Of a stretch of 64,000 bases of DNA, positions 29,756 through 46,400 are shown one piece after another. A model generated the notes under the pieces. The model was not told where the DNA came from. It saw only the letters and a list, made by a program, of their open reading frames with translations, and made no database searches. Numbering within the stretch: position 1 is the first letter of the stretch; every line of letters starts with the position of its first letter. Source of the DNA: Eledone cirrhosa (lineage: Eukaryota); NCBI GenBank assembly GCA_964016885.1, contig OZ024740.1:418066001-418130000 (forward strand), in the 5' to 3' direction. The position numbers and the translations under genes are program-made.

Positions 29756-32700
29756 ATGGCCTGACAGACTGTGAACTTCAATGACATCTGCCATAGTGAA
29801 ACAGACATCTTTTGGTATGTAGTCTACATGAGCGACAGAGGATAGTGTTGGCCTGACAGACTGTCCACTTCAATGACATCTGCCATTGTAAAACTGACAT
29901 CTTTTGGTATGTAGTTTACATGAGAGACAGAGGATAGTAAAGGCCTGACAGATTGTCCACTTCAATGACATCTGCCATAGCGAAACTGACATCTTTTGGA
30001 ATGTAGTCTACATGAGAGACAGGATAGTAAAGGCCTGACAGACTGTGAACTTCAATGACATCTGCCATAGTGAAACTGACATCTTTTGGTATGTAGTCTA
30101 CATGAAAGACAGAGGATAGTAAAGGCCTGACAGATTGTCCACTTCAATGACATCTGCCATAGTGAAACTGACATCTTTTGGTATGTAGTCTACATGAGAG
30201 ACAGGATAGTAAATGCCTGACAGACTGTGAACTTCAATGACATCTGCCATAGTGAAACTGACATCTTTTGGTATGTAGTCTACATGAAAGACAGAGGATA
30301 GTAAAGGCCTGACAGATTGTCCACTTCATTGACATCAGCCATAGTGAAACTGACATCTTTTGGTATGTAGTCTACATGAGAGACAGAGGATAGTAAAGGC
30401 CTGACAGATTGTCCACTTCAATGATATCTGCCATAGTGAAACTGACATCTTTTGGTATGTAGTCTACATCAAATACTGGATAGTATAGGCCTGACAGACT
30501 GTCCACTTCAATGACAACTGCCATAGTGAAACTGACATCTTTTGGTATGTAGTCTACATGAAAGACAGGATAGTAAAGGCCTGAGAGGCTGTCCAATTCA
30601 ATGACATCTGCCATAGAGAAACTGACATCTTTTGGTATGTAGTCTACATGAGAGACAGAGGATAGTATAGGCCTGAGAGACTGTCCACTTCAATGACATC
30701 TGCTATAGAGAAACTGACATCTGTTGGTATGTAGTCTACACGAGAGACAGAGAATAGTAAAGGCCAGACTGACTGTCCACGTCATTGACATCTGCCATAG
30801 TGAAACAGACATCTTTTGGTATGTAGTCTACATGAGAGACAGAGGATAGTAAAGGCCTGACAGATTGTCCACTACAATGACAACTGCCATAGTGAATCTG
30901 ACATATTTTGGTATGTAGTCTACATGAAAGACAGAGCATAGTAAAGGCCTGACAGACTGTTCAGTTCAATGACATCTGCCATAGTGAAACTGACATCTTT
31001 TGGTATGTAGTCTACATGAGAGACAGAGGATAGTAATGTCCTGGCAGACTGTCCATTTCAATGACATCTGCCATAGTGAAACTGACATCTTTTGGTACGT
31101 AGTCTACATGAGAGACAGAAGATAGTAAAGGCCTGACAGACTGTCCACTTCAATGACATCTGCCATAGTGAAACTGACATCTTTTGGTATGTAGTTTACA
31201 TGAGAGACAGAGGATAGTAAAGGCCTGACAGATTGTCCACTTCAATGACATCTGCCATAGTGAAACTGACATCTTTTGGTGGGTAGTTTACATGAGAGAC
31301 AGAGGATAGTAAAGGGCTGACAGACTGTGAACTTCAATGACATCTGCCATAGTGAAACTGACATATTTTGGTATGTAGTCTACATGAAAGACAGAGCATA
31401 GTAAAGGCCTGACAGACTGTTCACTTCAATGTCATCTGCCATAGTGAAACTGACATCGTTTGGTATGTAGTCTACATGAGAGACAGAGGATAGTAATGTC
31501 CTCGCAGACTGTCCATTTCAATGACATCTGCCATAGTGAAACTGACATCTTTTGGTATGTAGTCTACATGAGAGACAGAGGAAAGTATAGGACTGACAGA
31601 CTGTACACTTCAATGACATCTACCATAGTGAAACTGACATCTTTAGGTATGTAGGCTACATGAGAGACAGAGGATAGTAAAGGCCAGACTGACTGTCCAC
31701 GTCAATAACATCTGCCATAGTGAAACTGACATTTTTTGGTATGTACTCTACATGAAAGACAGAGGATAGTAAAGGCCTGACAGACTGTCCACTTTAATGA
31801 GATCTGCCTTAGTGAAACTGACATCTTTTGGTATGTAGTCTACATGAGAGACAGAGGAAAGTATAGGACTGACAGACTGTACACTTCAATGACATCTACC
31901 ATAGTGAAACTGACATCTTTAGGTATGTAGGCTACATGAGAGACAGAGGATAGTAAAGGCCTGACAGACTGTCCACTTCAATGACAACTGCCATAGTGAA
32001 ACTAACATCTTTTGGTATGTAGTCTACATGAAAGACAGGATAGTAAAGGCCTGAGAGGCTGTCCACTTCAATGACATCTGCCATAGAGAAACTGACATCT
32101 TTTGGTATGTAGTCTACATGAGAGACAGAGGATAGTATAGGCCTGAGAGACTGTCCACTTCAATGACATCTGCTATAGAGAAACTGACATCTGTTGGTAT
32201 GTAGTCTACACGAGAGACAGAGAATAGTAAAGGCCAGACTGACTGTCCACGTCATTGACATCTGCCATAGTGAAACAGACATCTTTTGGTATGTAGTCTA
32301 CATGAGAGACAGAGGATAGTAAAGGTCTGACAGATTGTCCACTACAATGACAACTGCCATAGTGAAACTGACATCTTTTGGTATGTAGTCTATATGAGAC
32401 AGAGGATAGTATATGCCTGACAGACTGTCCACTTCAATGACATCTGCTATAGAGAAACTGACATCTTTTGGTATGTAGTCTACATGAGAGACAGAGAATA
32501 GTAAATGCCAGACTGACTGTCCACGTCATTGACATCTGCCATAGTGAAACAGACATCTTTTGGTATGTAGTCTACATGAGAGACAGAGGATAGTAAAGGC
32601 CTGACAGACTGTCCACTTCAATGACATCTGCCATAGTGAAACTGACATCTTTTGGTATGTAGTCAACATGAGAGACAGAGGATAGTAAAGGCCAGACTGA

Positions 32701-35700
32701 CTGTCCACGCCAATGACATCTGCCATAGTGAAACAGACATCTTTTCGTATGTAGTCTACATGAGAGACAGAGGATAGTAAAGGCCTGACAGACTGTCCAC
32801 TTCAATGACATCTGCCATAGTGAAACTGACATCTTTTGGTATGTAGTCTTCATGAGAGACAGAGGATAGTAAAGGCCTGACAGACTGTGAACTTCAATGA
32901 CATCTGCCATAGTGAAACTGACATCTTTTGGTATGTAGTCTACATCAGAGACAGAGGATAGCATAGGCCTGACAGATTGTCCATTTCAATGACATCTGCC
33001 ATAGTGAAACTGACATGTTTTGGTATGTAATCTACATGAGCGACAGAGGATAGTGTTCGCCTGACAGACTGTCCACTTCAATGACATCTGCCATTGTAAA
33101 ACTGACATCTTTTGGTATGTAGTTTACATGAGAGACAGAGGATAGTAAAGGCCTGACAGACTGTCCACTTCAATGACATCTTCCATAGTGAAACTGACAT
33201 TTTTTGGTATGTACTCTACATGAAAGACAGAGGATAGTAAAGGCCTGACAGACTGTCCACTTTAATGAGATCTGCCTTAGTGAAACTGACATCTTTTGGT
33301 ATGTAGTCTACATGAGAGACAGAAGATAGTAAAGGCCTGACAGATTGTCCATTTCAATGACATCTGCCATAGTGAAACTGACATTTTTGGTATGTAGTCT
33401 ACATGAGAGACAGAGGAAAGTATAGGACTGACAGACTGTACACTTCAATGACATCTACCATAGTGAAACTGACATCTTTAGGTATGTAGGCTACATGAGA
33501 GACAGAGGATAGTAAAGGCCAGACTGACTGTCCACGTCAATAACATCTGCCATAGTGAAACTGACATCTTTTGGTATGTAGTCTACATGAGAGACAGAGG
33601 ATAGTAAAGGCCTGACAGACTGTCCACTTCAATGACATCTGCCATAGTGAAACTGACATCTTTTGGTATGTAGTCTACATGAAAGGCAGAGGATAGTAAA
33701 GGCCTGACAGATTGTCCATTTCAATGACATCTGCCATAGTGAAACTGACATCTTTTGGTATGTAGTTTACATGAGAGACAGAGGATAGTAATGGCCTGCC
33801 AGATTGTCCATTTCAATGACATCTGCCATAGTGAAACTGACATTTTTTGGTGTGTAATCTACATGAGCGACAGAGGATAGTGTTCGCCTGACAGACTGTC
33901 CACTTCAATGACATCTGCCATTGTAAAACTGACATCTTTTGGTATGTAGTTTACATGAGAGACAGAGGATAGTAAAGGCCTGACAGACCGTCCACTTCAA
34001 TGACATCTGCCATAGTGAAACTGACATCTTTTGGTATGTAGTCAACATGAGAGACAGAGGATAGTAAAGGCCTGACAGTCTGTCCACTTCAATAACATCT
34101 GCCATAGTGAAACTGACATCTTTTGGTATGTAGTCTACATGAGAGACAGAGGATAGTAAAGGCCAGACTGACTGTCCACGTCAATGACATCTGCCACAGT
34201 GAAACAGACATCTTTTGGTACGTAGTCTACATGAGAGACAGAGGATAGTAAAGGCCTGACAGACTGTCCACTTCAATGACATCTGCCATAGTGAAACTGA
34301 CATCTTTTGGTATGTAGTCTACATGAGAGACAGAGGATAGTAAAGGCCTGACAGACTGTCCACTTCAATGACATCTGTCATAGTGAAACTGACATCTTTT
34401 CGTATGTAGTCTACATGAGTGACAGAGGATAGTAATGGCCTGACAGACTGTGAACTTCAATGACATCTGCCATAGTGAAACAGACATCTTTTGGTATGTA
34501 GTCTACATGAGCGACAGAGGATAGTGTTGGCCTGACAGACTGTCCACTTCAATGACATCTGCCATTGTAAAACTGACATCTTTTGGTATGTAGTTTACAT
34601 GAGAGACAGAGGATAGTAAAGGCCTGACAGATTGTCCACTTCAATGACATCTGCCATAGTGAAACTGACATCTTTTGGAATGTAGTCTACATGAGAGACA
34701 GGATAGTAAAGGCCTGACAGACTGTGAACTTCAATGACATCTGCCATAGTGAAACTGACATCTTTTGGTATGTAGTCTACATGAAAGACAGAGGATAGTA
34801 AAGGCCTGACAGATTGTCCACTTCAATGACATCTGCCATAGTGAAACTGACATCTTTTGGTATGTAGTCTACATGAGAGACAGGATAGTAAATGCCTGAC
34901 AGACTGTGAACTTCAATGACATCTGCCATAGTGAAACTGACATCTTTTGGTATGTAGTCTACATGAAAGACAGAGGATAGTAAAGGCCTGACAGATTGTC
35001 CACTTCATTGACATCAGCCATAGTGAAACTGACATCTTTTGGTATGTAGTCTACATGAGAGACAGAGGATAGTAAAGGCCTGACAGATTGTCCACTTCAA
35101 TGATATCTGCCATAGTGAAACTGACATCTTTTGGTATGTAGTCTACATCAAATACTGGATAGTATAGGCCTGACAGACTGTCCACTTCAATGACAACTGC
35201 CATAGTGAAACTGACATCTTTTGGTATGTAGTCTACATGAAAGACAGGATAGTAAAGGCCTGAGAGGCTGTCCAATTCAATGACATCTGCCATAGAGAAA
35301 CTGACATCTTTTGGTATGTAGTCTACATGAGAGACAGAGGATAGTATAGGCCTGAGAGACTGTCCACTTCAATGACATCTGCTATAGAGAAACTGACATC
35401 TGTTGGTATGTAGTCTACACGAGAGACAGAGAATAGTAAAGGCCAGACTGACTGTCCACGTCATTGACATCTGCCATAGTGAAACAGACATCTTTTGGTA
35501 TGTAGTCTACATGAGAGACAGAGGATAGTAAAGGCCTGACAGATTGTCCACTACAATGACAACTGCCATAGTGAATCTGACATATTTTGGTATGTAGTCT
35601 ACATGAAAGACAGAGCATAGTAAAGGCCTGACAGACTGTTCAGTTCAATGACATCTGCCATAGTGAAACTGACATCTTTTGGTATGTAGTCTACATGAGA

Positions 35701-36639
35701 GACAGAGGATAGTAATGTCCTGGCAGACTGTCCATTTCAATGACATCTGCCATAGTGAAACTGACATCTTTTGGTACGTAGTCTACATGAGAGACAGAAG
35801 ATAGTAAAGGCCTGACAGACTGTCCACTTCAATGACATCTGCCATAGTGAAACTGACATCTTTTGGTATGTAGTTTACATGAGAGACAGAGGATAGTAAA
35901 GGCCTGACAGATTGTCCACTTCAATGACATCTGCCATAGTGAAACTGACATCTTTTGGTGGGTAGTTTACATGAGAGACAGAGGATAGTAAAGGGCTGAC
36001 AGACTGTGAACTTCAATGACATCTGCCATAGTGAAACTGACATATTTTGGTATGTAGTCTACATGAAAGACAGAGCATAGTAAAGGCCTGACAGACTGTT
36101 CACTTCAATGTCATCTGCCATAGTGAAACTGACATCGTTTGGTATGTAGTCTACATGAGAGACAGAGGATAGTAATGTCCTCGCAGACTGTCCATTTCAA
36201 TGACATCTGCCATAGTGAAACTGACATCTTTTGGTATGTAGTCTACATGAGAGACAGAGGAAAGTATAGGACTGACAGACTGTACACTTCAATGACATCT
36301 ACCATAGTGAAACTGACATCTTTAGGTATGTAGGCTACATGAGAGACAGAGGATAGTAAAGGCCAGACTGACTGTCCACGTCAATAACATCTGCCATAGT
36401 GAAACTGACATTTTTTGGTATGTACTCTACATGAAAGACAGAGGATAGTAAAGGCCTGACAGACTGTCCACTTTAATGAGATCTGCCTTAGTGAAACTGA
36501 CATCTTTTGGTATGTAGTCTACATGAGAGACAGAGGAAAGTATAGGACTGACAGACTGTACACTTCAATGACATCTACCATAGTGAAACTGACATCTTTA
36601 GGTATGTAGGCTACATGAGAGACAGAGGATAGTAAAGGC
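27279..36639. repeat. 51-monomer (4,679-bp) near-identical tandem duplication
   Basis: ORFs 27847/32526, 29226/33905, 30372/35051, 30736/35415 and 31460/36139 are all offset by 4679 (51x92-13). One visible SNP: TAGCGAAA at 29981 vs TAGTGAAA at 34660. Confidence 0.93.
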
Positions 36640-37430
36640 CAGACTGACTGTCCACGTCAATAACATCTGCCATAGTGAAACTGACATCTTTTGGTATGTA
36701 GTCTACATGAGAGACAGAGGATAGTAAAGGCCTGACAGACTGTCCACTTCAATGACATCTGCCATAGTGAAACTGACATCTTTTGGTATGTAGTCTACAT
36801 GAGAGACAGAAGATAGTAAAGGCCTGACAGATTGTCCATTTCAATGACATCTGCCATAGTGAAACTGACATTTTTGGTATGTAGTCTACATGAGAGACAG
36901 AGGAAAGTATAGGACTGACAGACTGTACACTTCAATGACATCTACCATAGTGAAACTGACATCTTTAGGTATGTAGGCTACATGAGAGACAGAGGATAGT
37001 AAAGGCCAGACTGACTGTCCACGTCAATAACATCTGCCATAGTGAAACTGACATTTTTTGGTATGTACTCTACATGAAAGACAGAGGATAGTAAAGGCCT
37101 GACAGACTGTCCACTTTAATGAGATCTGCCTTAGTGAAACTGACATCTTTTGGTATGTAGTCTACATGAGAGACAGAGGAAAGTATAGGACTGACAGACT
37201 GTACACTTCAATGACATCTACCATAGTGAAACTGACATCTTTAGGTATGTAGGCTACATGAGAGACAGAGGATAGTAAAGGCCAGACTGACTGTCCACGT
37301 CAATAACATCTGCCATAGTGAAACTGACATCTTTTGGTATGTAGTCTACATGAGAGACAGAGGATAGTAAAGGCCTGACAGACTGTCCACTTCAATGACA
37401 TCTGCCATAGTGAAACTGACATCTTTTGGT
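36245..37430. repeat. Nested 3-mer within 7-mer local duplication
   Basis: The variant AAAGTATAGGACT...TGTACAC occurs at 36261, 36537, 36904 and 37180. Spacings are 276, 367 and 276; the pair offset is 643 (7x92-1). Confidence 0.85.
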
Positions 37431-40400
37431 ATGTAGTCTACATGAAAGGCAGAGGATAGTAAAGGCCTGACAGATTGTCCATTTCAATGACATCTGCCAT
37501 AGTGAAACTGACATCTTTTGGTATGTAGTTTACATGAGAGACAGAGGATAGTAATGGCCTGCCAGATTGTCCATTTCAATGACATCTGCCATAGTGAAAC
37601 TGACATTTTTTGGTGTGTAATCTACATGAGCGACAGAGGATAGTGTTCGCCTGACAGACTGTCCACTTCAATGACATCTGCCATTGTAAAACTGACATCT
37701 TTTGGTATGTAGTTTACATGAGAGACAGAGGATAGTAAAGGCCTGACAGACCGTCCACTTCAATGACATCTGCCATAGTGAAACTGACATCTTTTGGTAT
37801 GTAGTCAACATGAGAGACAGAGGATAGTAAAGGCCTGACAGACTGTCCACTTCAATAACATCTGCCATAGTGAAACTGACATCTTTTGGTATGTAGTCTA
37901 CATGAGAGACAGAGGATAGTAAAGGCCTGACAGACTGTCCACTTCAATGACATCTGCCATAGTGAAACTGACATCTTTTGGTATGTAGTCAACATGAGAG
38001 ACAGAGGATAGTAAAGGCCTGACAGTCTGTCCACTTCAATAACATCTGCCATAGTGAAACTGACATCTTTTGGTATGTAGTCTACATGAGAGACAGAGGA
38101 TAGTAAAGGCCAGACTGACTGTCCACGTCAATGACATCTGCCACAGTGAAACAGACATCTTTTGGTACGTAGTCTACATGAGAGACAGAGGATAGTAAAG
38201 GCCTGACAGACTGTCCACTTCAATGACATCTGCCATAGTGAAACTGACATCTTTTGGTATGTAGTCTACATGAGAGACAGAGGATAGTAAAGGCCTGACA
38301 GACTGTCCACTTCAATGACATCTGTCATAGTGAAACTGACATCTTTTGGTATGTAGTCTACATGAGTGACAGAGGATAGTAATGGCCTGACAGACTGTGA
38401 ACTTCAATGACATCTGCCATAGTGAAACAGACATCTTTTGGTATGTAGTCTACATGAGCGACAGAGGATAGTGTTGGCCTGACAGACTGTCCACTTCAAT
38501 GACATCTGCCATTGTAAAACTGACATCTTTTGGTATGTAGTTTACATGAGAGACAGAGGATAGTAAAGGCCTGACAGATTGTCCACTTCAATGACATCTG
38601 CCATAGTGAAACTGACATCTTTTGGAATGTAGTCTACATGAGAGACAGGATAGTAAAGGCCTGACAGACTGTGAACTTCAATGACATCTGCCATAGTGAA
38701 ACTGACATCTTTTGGTATGTAGTCTACATGAAAGACAGAGGATAGTAAAGGCCTGACAGATTGTCCACTTCAATGACATCTGCCATAGTGAAACTGACAT
38801 CTTTTGGTATGTAGTCTACATGAGAGACAGGATAGTAAATGCCTGACAGACTGTGAACTTCAATGACATCTGCCATAGTGAAACTGACATCTTTTGGTAT
38901 GTAGTCTACATGAAAGACAGAGGATAGTAAAGGCCTGACAGATTGTCCACTTCATTGACATCAGCCATAGTGAAACTGACATCTTTTGGTATGTAGTCTA
39001 CATGAGAGACAGAGGATAGTAAAGGCCTGACAGATTGTCCACTTCAATGATATCTGCCATAGTGAAACTGACATCTTTTGGTATGTAGTCTACATCAAAT
39101 ACTGGATAGTATAGGCCTGACAGACTGTCCACTTCAATGACAACTGCCATAGTGAAACTGACATCTTTTGGTATGTAGTCTACATGAAAGACAGGATAGT
39201 AAAGGCCTGAGAGGCTGTCCAATTCAATGACATCTGCCATAGAGAAACTGACATCTTTTGGTATGTAGTCTACATGAGAGACAGAGGATAGTATAGGCCT
39301 GAGAGACTGTCCACTTCAATGACATCTGCTATAGAGAAACTGACATCTGTTGGTATGTAGTCTACACGAGAGACAGAGAATAGTAAAGGCCAGACTGACT
39401 GTCCACGTCATTGACATCTGCCATAGTGAAACAGACATCTTTTGGTATGTAGTCTACATGAGAGACAGAGGATAGTAAAGGCCTGACAGATTGTCCACTA
39501 CAATGACAACTGCCATAGTGAATCTGACATATTTTGGTATGTAGTCTACATGAAAGACAGAGCATAGTAAAGGCCTGACAGACTGTTCAGTTCAATGACA
39601 TCTGCCATAGTGAAACTGACATCTTTTGGTATGTAGTCTACATGAGAGACAGAGGATAGTAATGTCCTGGCAGACTGTCCATTTCAATGACATCTGCCAT
39701 AGTGAAACTGACATCTTTTGGTACGTAGTCTACATGAGAGACAGAAGATAGTAAAGGCCTGACAGACTGTCCACTTCAATGACATCTGCCATAGTGAAAC
39801 TGACATCTTTTGGTATGTAGTTTACATGAGAGACAGAGGATAGTAAAGGCCTGACAGATTGTCCACTTCAATGACATCTGCCATAGTGAAACTGACATCT
39901 TTTGGTGGGTAGTTTACATGAGAGACAGAGGATAGTAAAGGGCTGACAGACTGTGAACTTCAATGACATCTGCCATAGTGAAACTGACATATTTTGGTAT
40001 GTAGTCTACATGAAAGACAGAGCATAGTAAAGGCCTGACAGACTGTTCACTTCAATGTCATCTGCCATAGTGAAACTGACATCGTTTGGTATGTAGTCTA
40101 CATGAGAGACAGAGGATAGTAATGTCCTCGCAGACTGTCCATTTCAATGACATCTGCCATAGTGAAACTGACATCTTTTGGTATGTAGTCTACATGAGAG
40201 ACAGAGGATAGTAAAGGCCTGACAGACTGTCCACTTCAATGACATCTGCCATAGTGAAACTGACATCTTTTGGTATGTAGTCTACATGAGAGACAGGATA
40301 GTGAAGGCCTGACAGACTGTCCACTTCAATGACATCTGCCATAGTGAAACTGACATCTTTTGGTATGTAGTTTACATGAGAGACAGAGGATAGTAAAGGC

Positions 40401-43400
40401 CTGACAGATTGTCCACTTCAATGATATCTGCCATAGTGAAACTGACATCTTTTGGTATGTAGTCTACATGAGAGACAGAGGATAGTAAAGGCCTGACAGA
40501 TTGTCCACTTCAATGACATCTGCCATAGTGAAACTGACATCTTTTGGTATGTAGTCTACATGAGCGACAGAGGATAGTGTTGGCCTGACAGACTGTCCAC
40601 TTCAATGACATCTGCCATTGTAAAACTGACATCTTTTGGTATGTAGTTTACATGAGAGACAGAGGATAGTAAAGGCCTGACAGACTGTCCACCTCAATGA
40701 CATCTGCCATAGTGAAACTGACATTTTTTGGTATGTAGTCTACATGAGCGACAGAGGATAGTGTTGGCCTGACAGACTGTCCACTTCAATGACATCTGCC
40801 ATTGTAAAACTGACATCTTTTGGTATGTAGTTTACATGAGAGACAGAGGATAGTAAAGGCCTGACAGACTGTCCACTTCAATGACATCTGCCATAGTGAA
40901 ACTGACATTTTTTGGTATGTACTCTACATGAAAGACAGAGGATAGTAAAGGCCTGACAGACTGTCCACTTTAATGAGATCTGCCTTAGTGAAACTGACAT
41001 CTTTTGGTATGTAGTCTACATGAGAGACAGAGAAAAGTATAGGACTGACAGACTGTACACTTCAATGACATCTACCATAGTGAAACTGACATCTTTAGGT
41101 ATGTAGGCTACATGAGAGACAGAGGATAGTAAAGGCCAGACTGACTGTCCACGTCAATAACATCTGCCATAGTGAAACTGACATCTTTTGGTATGTAGTC
41201 TACATGAGAGACAGAGGATAGTAAAGGCCTGACAGACTGTCCACTTCAATGACATCTGCCATAGTGAAACTGACATCTTTTGGTATGTAGTCTACATGAA
41301 AGGCAGAGGATAGTAAAGGCCTGACAGATTGTCCATTTCAATGACATCTGCCATAGTGAAACTGACATCTTTTGGTATGTAGTTTACATGAGAGACAGAG
41401 GATAGTAATGGCCTGCCAGATTGTCCATTTCAATGACATCTGCCATAGTGAAACTGACATTTTTTGGTGTGTAATCTACATGAGCGACAGAGGATAGTGT
41501 TCGCCTGACAGACTGTCCACTTCAATGACATCTGCCATTGTAAAACTGACATCTTTTGGTATGTAGTTTACATGAGAGACAGAGGATAGTAAAGGCCTGA
41601 CAGACCGTCCACTTCAATGACATCTGCCATAGTGAAACTGACATCTTTTGGTATGTAGTCAACATGAGAGACAGAGGATAGTAAAGGCCTGACAGACTGT
41701 CCACTTCAATGACATCTGCCATAGTGAAACTGACATCTTTTGGTATGTAGTCTACATGAGAGACAGAGGATAGTAAAGGCCTGACAGACTGTCCACTTCA
41801 ATGACATCTGCCATAGTGAAACTGACATCTTTTGGTATGTAGTCAACATGAGAGACAGAGGATAGTAAAGGCCTGACAGTCTGTCCACTTCAATAACATC
41901 TGCCATAGTGAAACTGACATCTTTTGGTATGTAGTCTACATGAGAGACAGAGGATAGTAAAGGCCAGACTGACTGTCCACGTCAATGACATCTGCCACAG
42001 TGAAACAGACATCTTTTGGTACGTAGTCTACATGAGAGACAGAGGATAGTAAAGGCCTGACAGACTGTCCACTTCAATGACATCTGCCATAGTGAAACTG
42101 ACATCTTTTGGTATGTAGTCTACATGAGAGACAGAGGATAGTAAAGGCCTGACAGACTGTCCACTTCAATGACATCTGTCATAGTGAAACTGACATCTTT
42201 TGGTATGTAGTCTACATGAGTGACAGAGGATAGTAATGGCCTGACAGACTGTGAACTTCAATGACATCTGCCATAGTGAAACAGACATCTTTTGGTATGT
42301 AGTCTACATGAGCGACAGAGGATAGTGTTGGCCTGACAGACTGTCCACTTCAATGACATCTGCCATTGTAAAACTGACATCTTTTGGTATGTAGTTTACA
42401 TGAGAGACAGAGGATAGTAAAGGCCTGACAGATTGTCCACTTCAATGACATCTGCCATAGTGAAACTGACATCTTTTGGAATGTAGTCTACATGAGAGAC
42501 AGGATAGTAAAGGCCTGACAGACTGTGAACTTCAATGACATCTGCCATAGTGAAACTGACATCTTTTGGTATGTAGTCTACATGAAAGACAGAGGATAGT
42601 AAAGGCCTGACAGATTGTCCACTTCAATGACATCTGCCATAGTGAAACTGACATCTTTTGGTATGTAGTCTACATGAGAGACAGGATAGTAAATGCCTGA
42701 CAGACTGTGAACTTCAATGACATCTGCCATAGTGAAACTGACATCTTTTGGTATGTAGTCTACATGAAAGACAGAGGATAGTAAAGGCCTGACAGATTGT
42801 CCACTTCATTGACATCAGCCATAGTGAAACTGACATCTTTTGGTATGTAGTCTACATGAGAGACAGAGGATAGTAAAGGCCTGACAGATTGTCCACTTCA
42901 ATGATATCTGCCATAGTGAAACTGACATCTTTTGGTATGTAGTCTACATCAAATACTGGATAGTATAGGCCTGACAGACTGTCCACTTCAATGACAACTG
43001 CCATAGTGAAACTGACATCTTTTGGTATGTAGTCTACATGAAAGACAGGATAGTAAAGGCCTGAGAGGCTGTCCAATTCAATGACATCTGCCATAGAGAA
43101 ACTGACATCTTTTGGTATGTAGTCTACATGAGAGACAGAGGATAGTATAGGCCTGAGAGACTGTCCACTTCAATGACATCTGCTATAGAGAAACTGACAT
43201 CTGTTGGTATGTAGTCTACACGAGAGACAGAGAATAGTAAAGGCCAGACTGACTGTCCACGTCATTGACATCTGCCATAGTGAAACAGACATCTTTTGGT
43301 ATGTAGTCTACATGAGAGACAGAGGATAGTAAAGGCCTGACAGATTGTCCACTACAATGACAACTGCCATAGTGAATCTGACATATTTTGGTATGTAGTC

Positions 43401-46400
43401 TACATGAAAGACAGAGCATAGTAAAGGCCTGACAGACTGTTCAGTTCAATGACATCTGCCATAGTGAAACTGACATCTTTTGGTATGTAGTCTACATGAG
43501 AGACAGAGGATAGTAATGTCCTGTCAGACTGTCCATTTCAATGACATCTGCCATAGTGAAACTGACATCTTTTGGTACGTAGTCTACATGAGAGACAGAA
43601 GATAGTAAAGGCCTGACAGACTGTCCACTTCAATGACATCTGCCATAGTGAAACTGACATCTTTTGGTATGTAGTTTACATGAGAGACAGAGGATAGTAA
43701 AGGCCTGACAGATTGTCCACTTCAATGACATCTGCCATAGTGAAACTGACATCTTTTGGTGGGTAGTTTACATGAGAGACAGAGGATAGTAAAGGGCTGA
43801 CAGACTGTGAACTTCAATGACATCTGCCATAGTGAAACTGACATATTTTGGTATGTAGTCTACATGAAAGACAGAGCATAGTAAAGGCCTGACAGACTGT
43901 TCACTTCAATGTCATCTGCCATAGTGAAACTGACATCGTTTGGTATGTAGTCTACATGAGAGACAGAGGATAGTAATGTCCTCGCAGACTGTCCATTTCA
44001 ATGACATCTGCCATAGTGAAACTGACATCTTTTGGTATGTAGTCTACATGAGAGACAGAGGATAGTAAAGGCCTGACAGACTGTCCACTTCAATGACATC
44101 TGCCATAGTGAAACTGACATCTTTTGGTATGTAGTCTACATGAGAGACAGGATAGTGAAGGCCTGACAGACTGTCCACTTCAATGACATCTGCCATAGTG
44201 AAACTGACATCTTTTGGTATGTAGTTTACATGAGAGACAGAGGATAGTAAAGGCCTGACAGATTGTCCACTTCAATGATATCTGCCATAGTGAAACTGAC
44301 ATCTTTTGGTATGTAGTCTACATGAGAGACAGAGGATAGTAAAGGCCTGACAGATTGTCCACTTCAATGACATCTGCCATAGTGAAACTGACATCTTTTG
44401 GAATGTAGTCTACATGAGAGACAGGATGGTAAAAGCCTGACAGACTGTGAACTTCAATGACATCTGCCATAGTGAAACTGACATCTTTTGGTATGTAGTC
44501 TACATGAAAGACAGAGGATAGTAAAGGCCTGACAGATTGTCCACTTCAATGACATCTGCCATAGTGAAACTGACATCTTTTGGTATGTAGTCTACATGAG
44601 AGACAGGATAGTAAATGCCTGACAGACTGTGAACTTCAATGACATCTGCCATAGTGAAACTGACATCGTTTGGTATGTAGTCTACATGAGAGACAGAGGA
44701 TAGTAATGTCCTCGCAGACTGTCCATTTCAATGACATCTGCCATAGTGAAACTGACATCTTTTGGTATGTAGTCTACATGAGAGACAGAGGATAGTAAAG
44801 GCCTGACAGACTGTCCACTTCAATGACATCTGCCATAGTGAAACTGACATCTTTTGGTATGTAGTCTACATGAGAGACAGGATAGTGAAGGCCTGACAGA
44901 CTGTCCACTTCAATGACATCTGCCATAGTGAAACTGACATCTTTTGGTATGTAGTTTACATGAGAGACAGAGGATAGTAAAGGCCTGACAGATTGTCCAC
45001 TTCAATGATATCTGCCATAGTGAGACTGACATCTTTTGGTATGTAGTCTACATGAGAGACAGAGGATAGTAAAGGCCTGACAGACTGTCCACCTCAATGA
45101 CATCTGCCATAGTGAAACTGACATTTTTTGGTATGTAGTCTACATGAGCGACAGAGGATAGTGTTGGCCTGACAGACTGTCCACTTCAATGACATCTGCC
45201 ATTGTAAAACTGACATCTTTTGGTATGTAGTTTACATGAGAGACAGAGGATAGTAAAGGCCTGACAGACTGTCCACTTCAATGACATCTGCCATAGTGAA
45301 ACTGACATTTTTTGGTATGTACTCTACATGAAAGACAGAGGATAGTAAAGGCCTGACAGACTGTCCACTTTAATGAGATCTGCCTTAGTGAAACTGACAT
45401 CTTTTGGTATGTAGTCTACATGAGAGACAGAGAAAAGTATAGGACTGACAGACTGTACACTTCAATGACATCTACCATAGTGAAACTGACATCTTTAGGT
45501 ATGTAGGCTACATGAGAGACAGAGGATAGTAAAGGCCAGACTGACTGTCCACGTCAATAACATCTGCCATAGTGAAACTGACATCTTTTGGTATGTAGTC
45601 TACATGAGAGACAGAGGATAGTAAAGGCCTGACAGACTGTCCACTTCAATGACATCTGCCATAGTGAAACTGACATCTTTTGGTATGTAGTCTACATGAA
45701 AGGCAGAGGATAGTAAAGGCCTGACAGATTGTCCATTTCAATGACATCTGCCATAGTGAAACTGACATCTTTTGGTATGTAGTTTACATGAGAGACAGAG
45801 GATAGTAATGGCCTGCCAGATTGTCCATTTCAATGACATCTGCCATAGTGAAACTGACATTTTTTGGTGTGTAATCTACATGAGCGACAGAGGATAGTGT
45901 TCGCCTGACAGACTGTCCACTTCAATGACATCTGCCATTGTAAAACTGACATCTTTTGGTATGTAGTTTACATGAGAGACAGAGGATAGTAAAGGCCTGA
46001 CAGACCGTCCACTTCAATGACATCTGCCATAGTGAAACTGACATCTTTTGGTATGTAGTCAACATGAGAGACAGAGGATAGTAAAGGCCTGACAGACTGT
46101 CCACTTCAATAACATCTGCCATAGTGAAACTGACATCTTTTGGTATGTAGTCTACATGAGAGACAGAGGATAGTAAAGGCCTGACAGACTGTCCACTTCA
46201 ATGACATCTGCCATAGTGAAACTGACATCTTTTGGTATGTAGTCAACATGAGAGACAGAGGATAGTAAAGGCCTGACAGTCTGTCCACTTCAATAACATC
46301 TGCCATAGTGAAACTGACATCTTTTGGTATGTAGTCTACATGAGAGACAGAGGATAGTAAAGGCCAGACTGACTGTCCACGTCAATGACATCTGCCACAG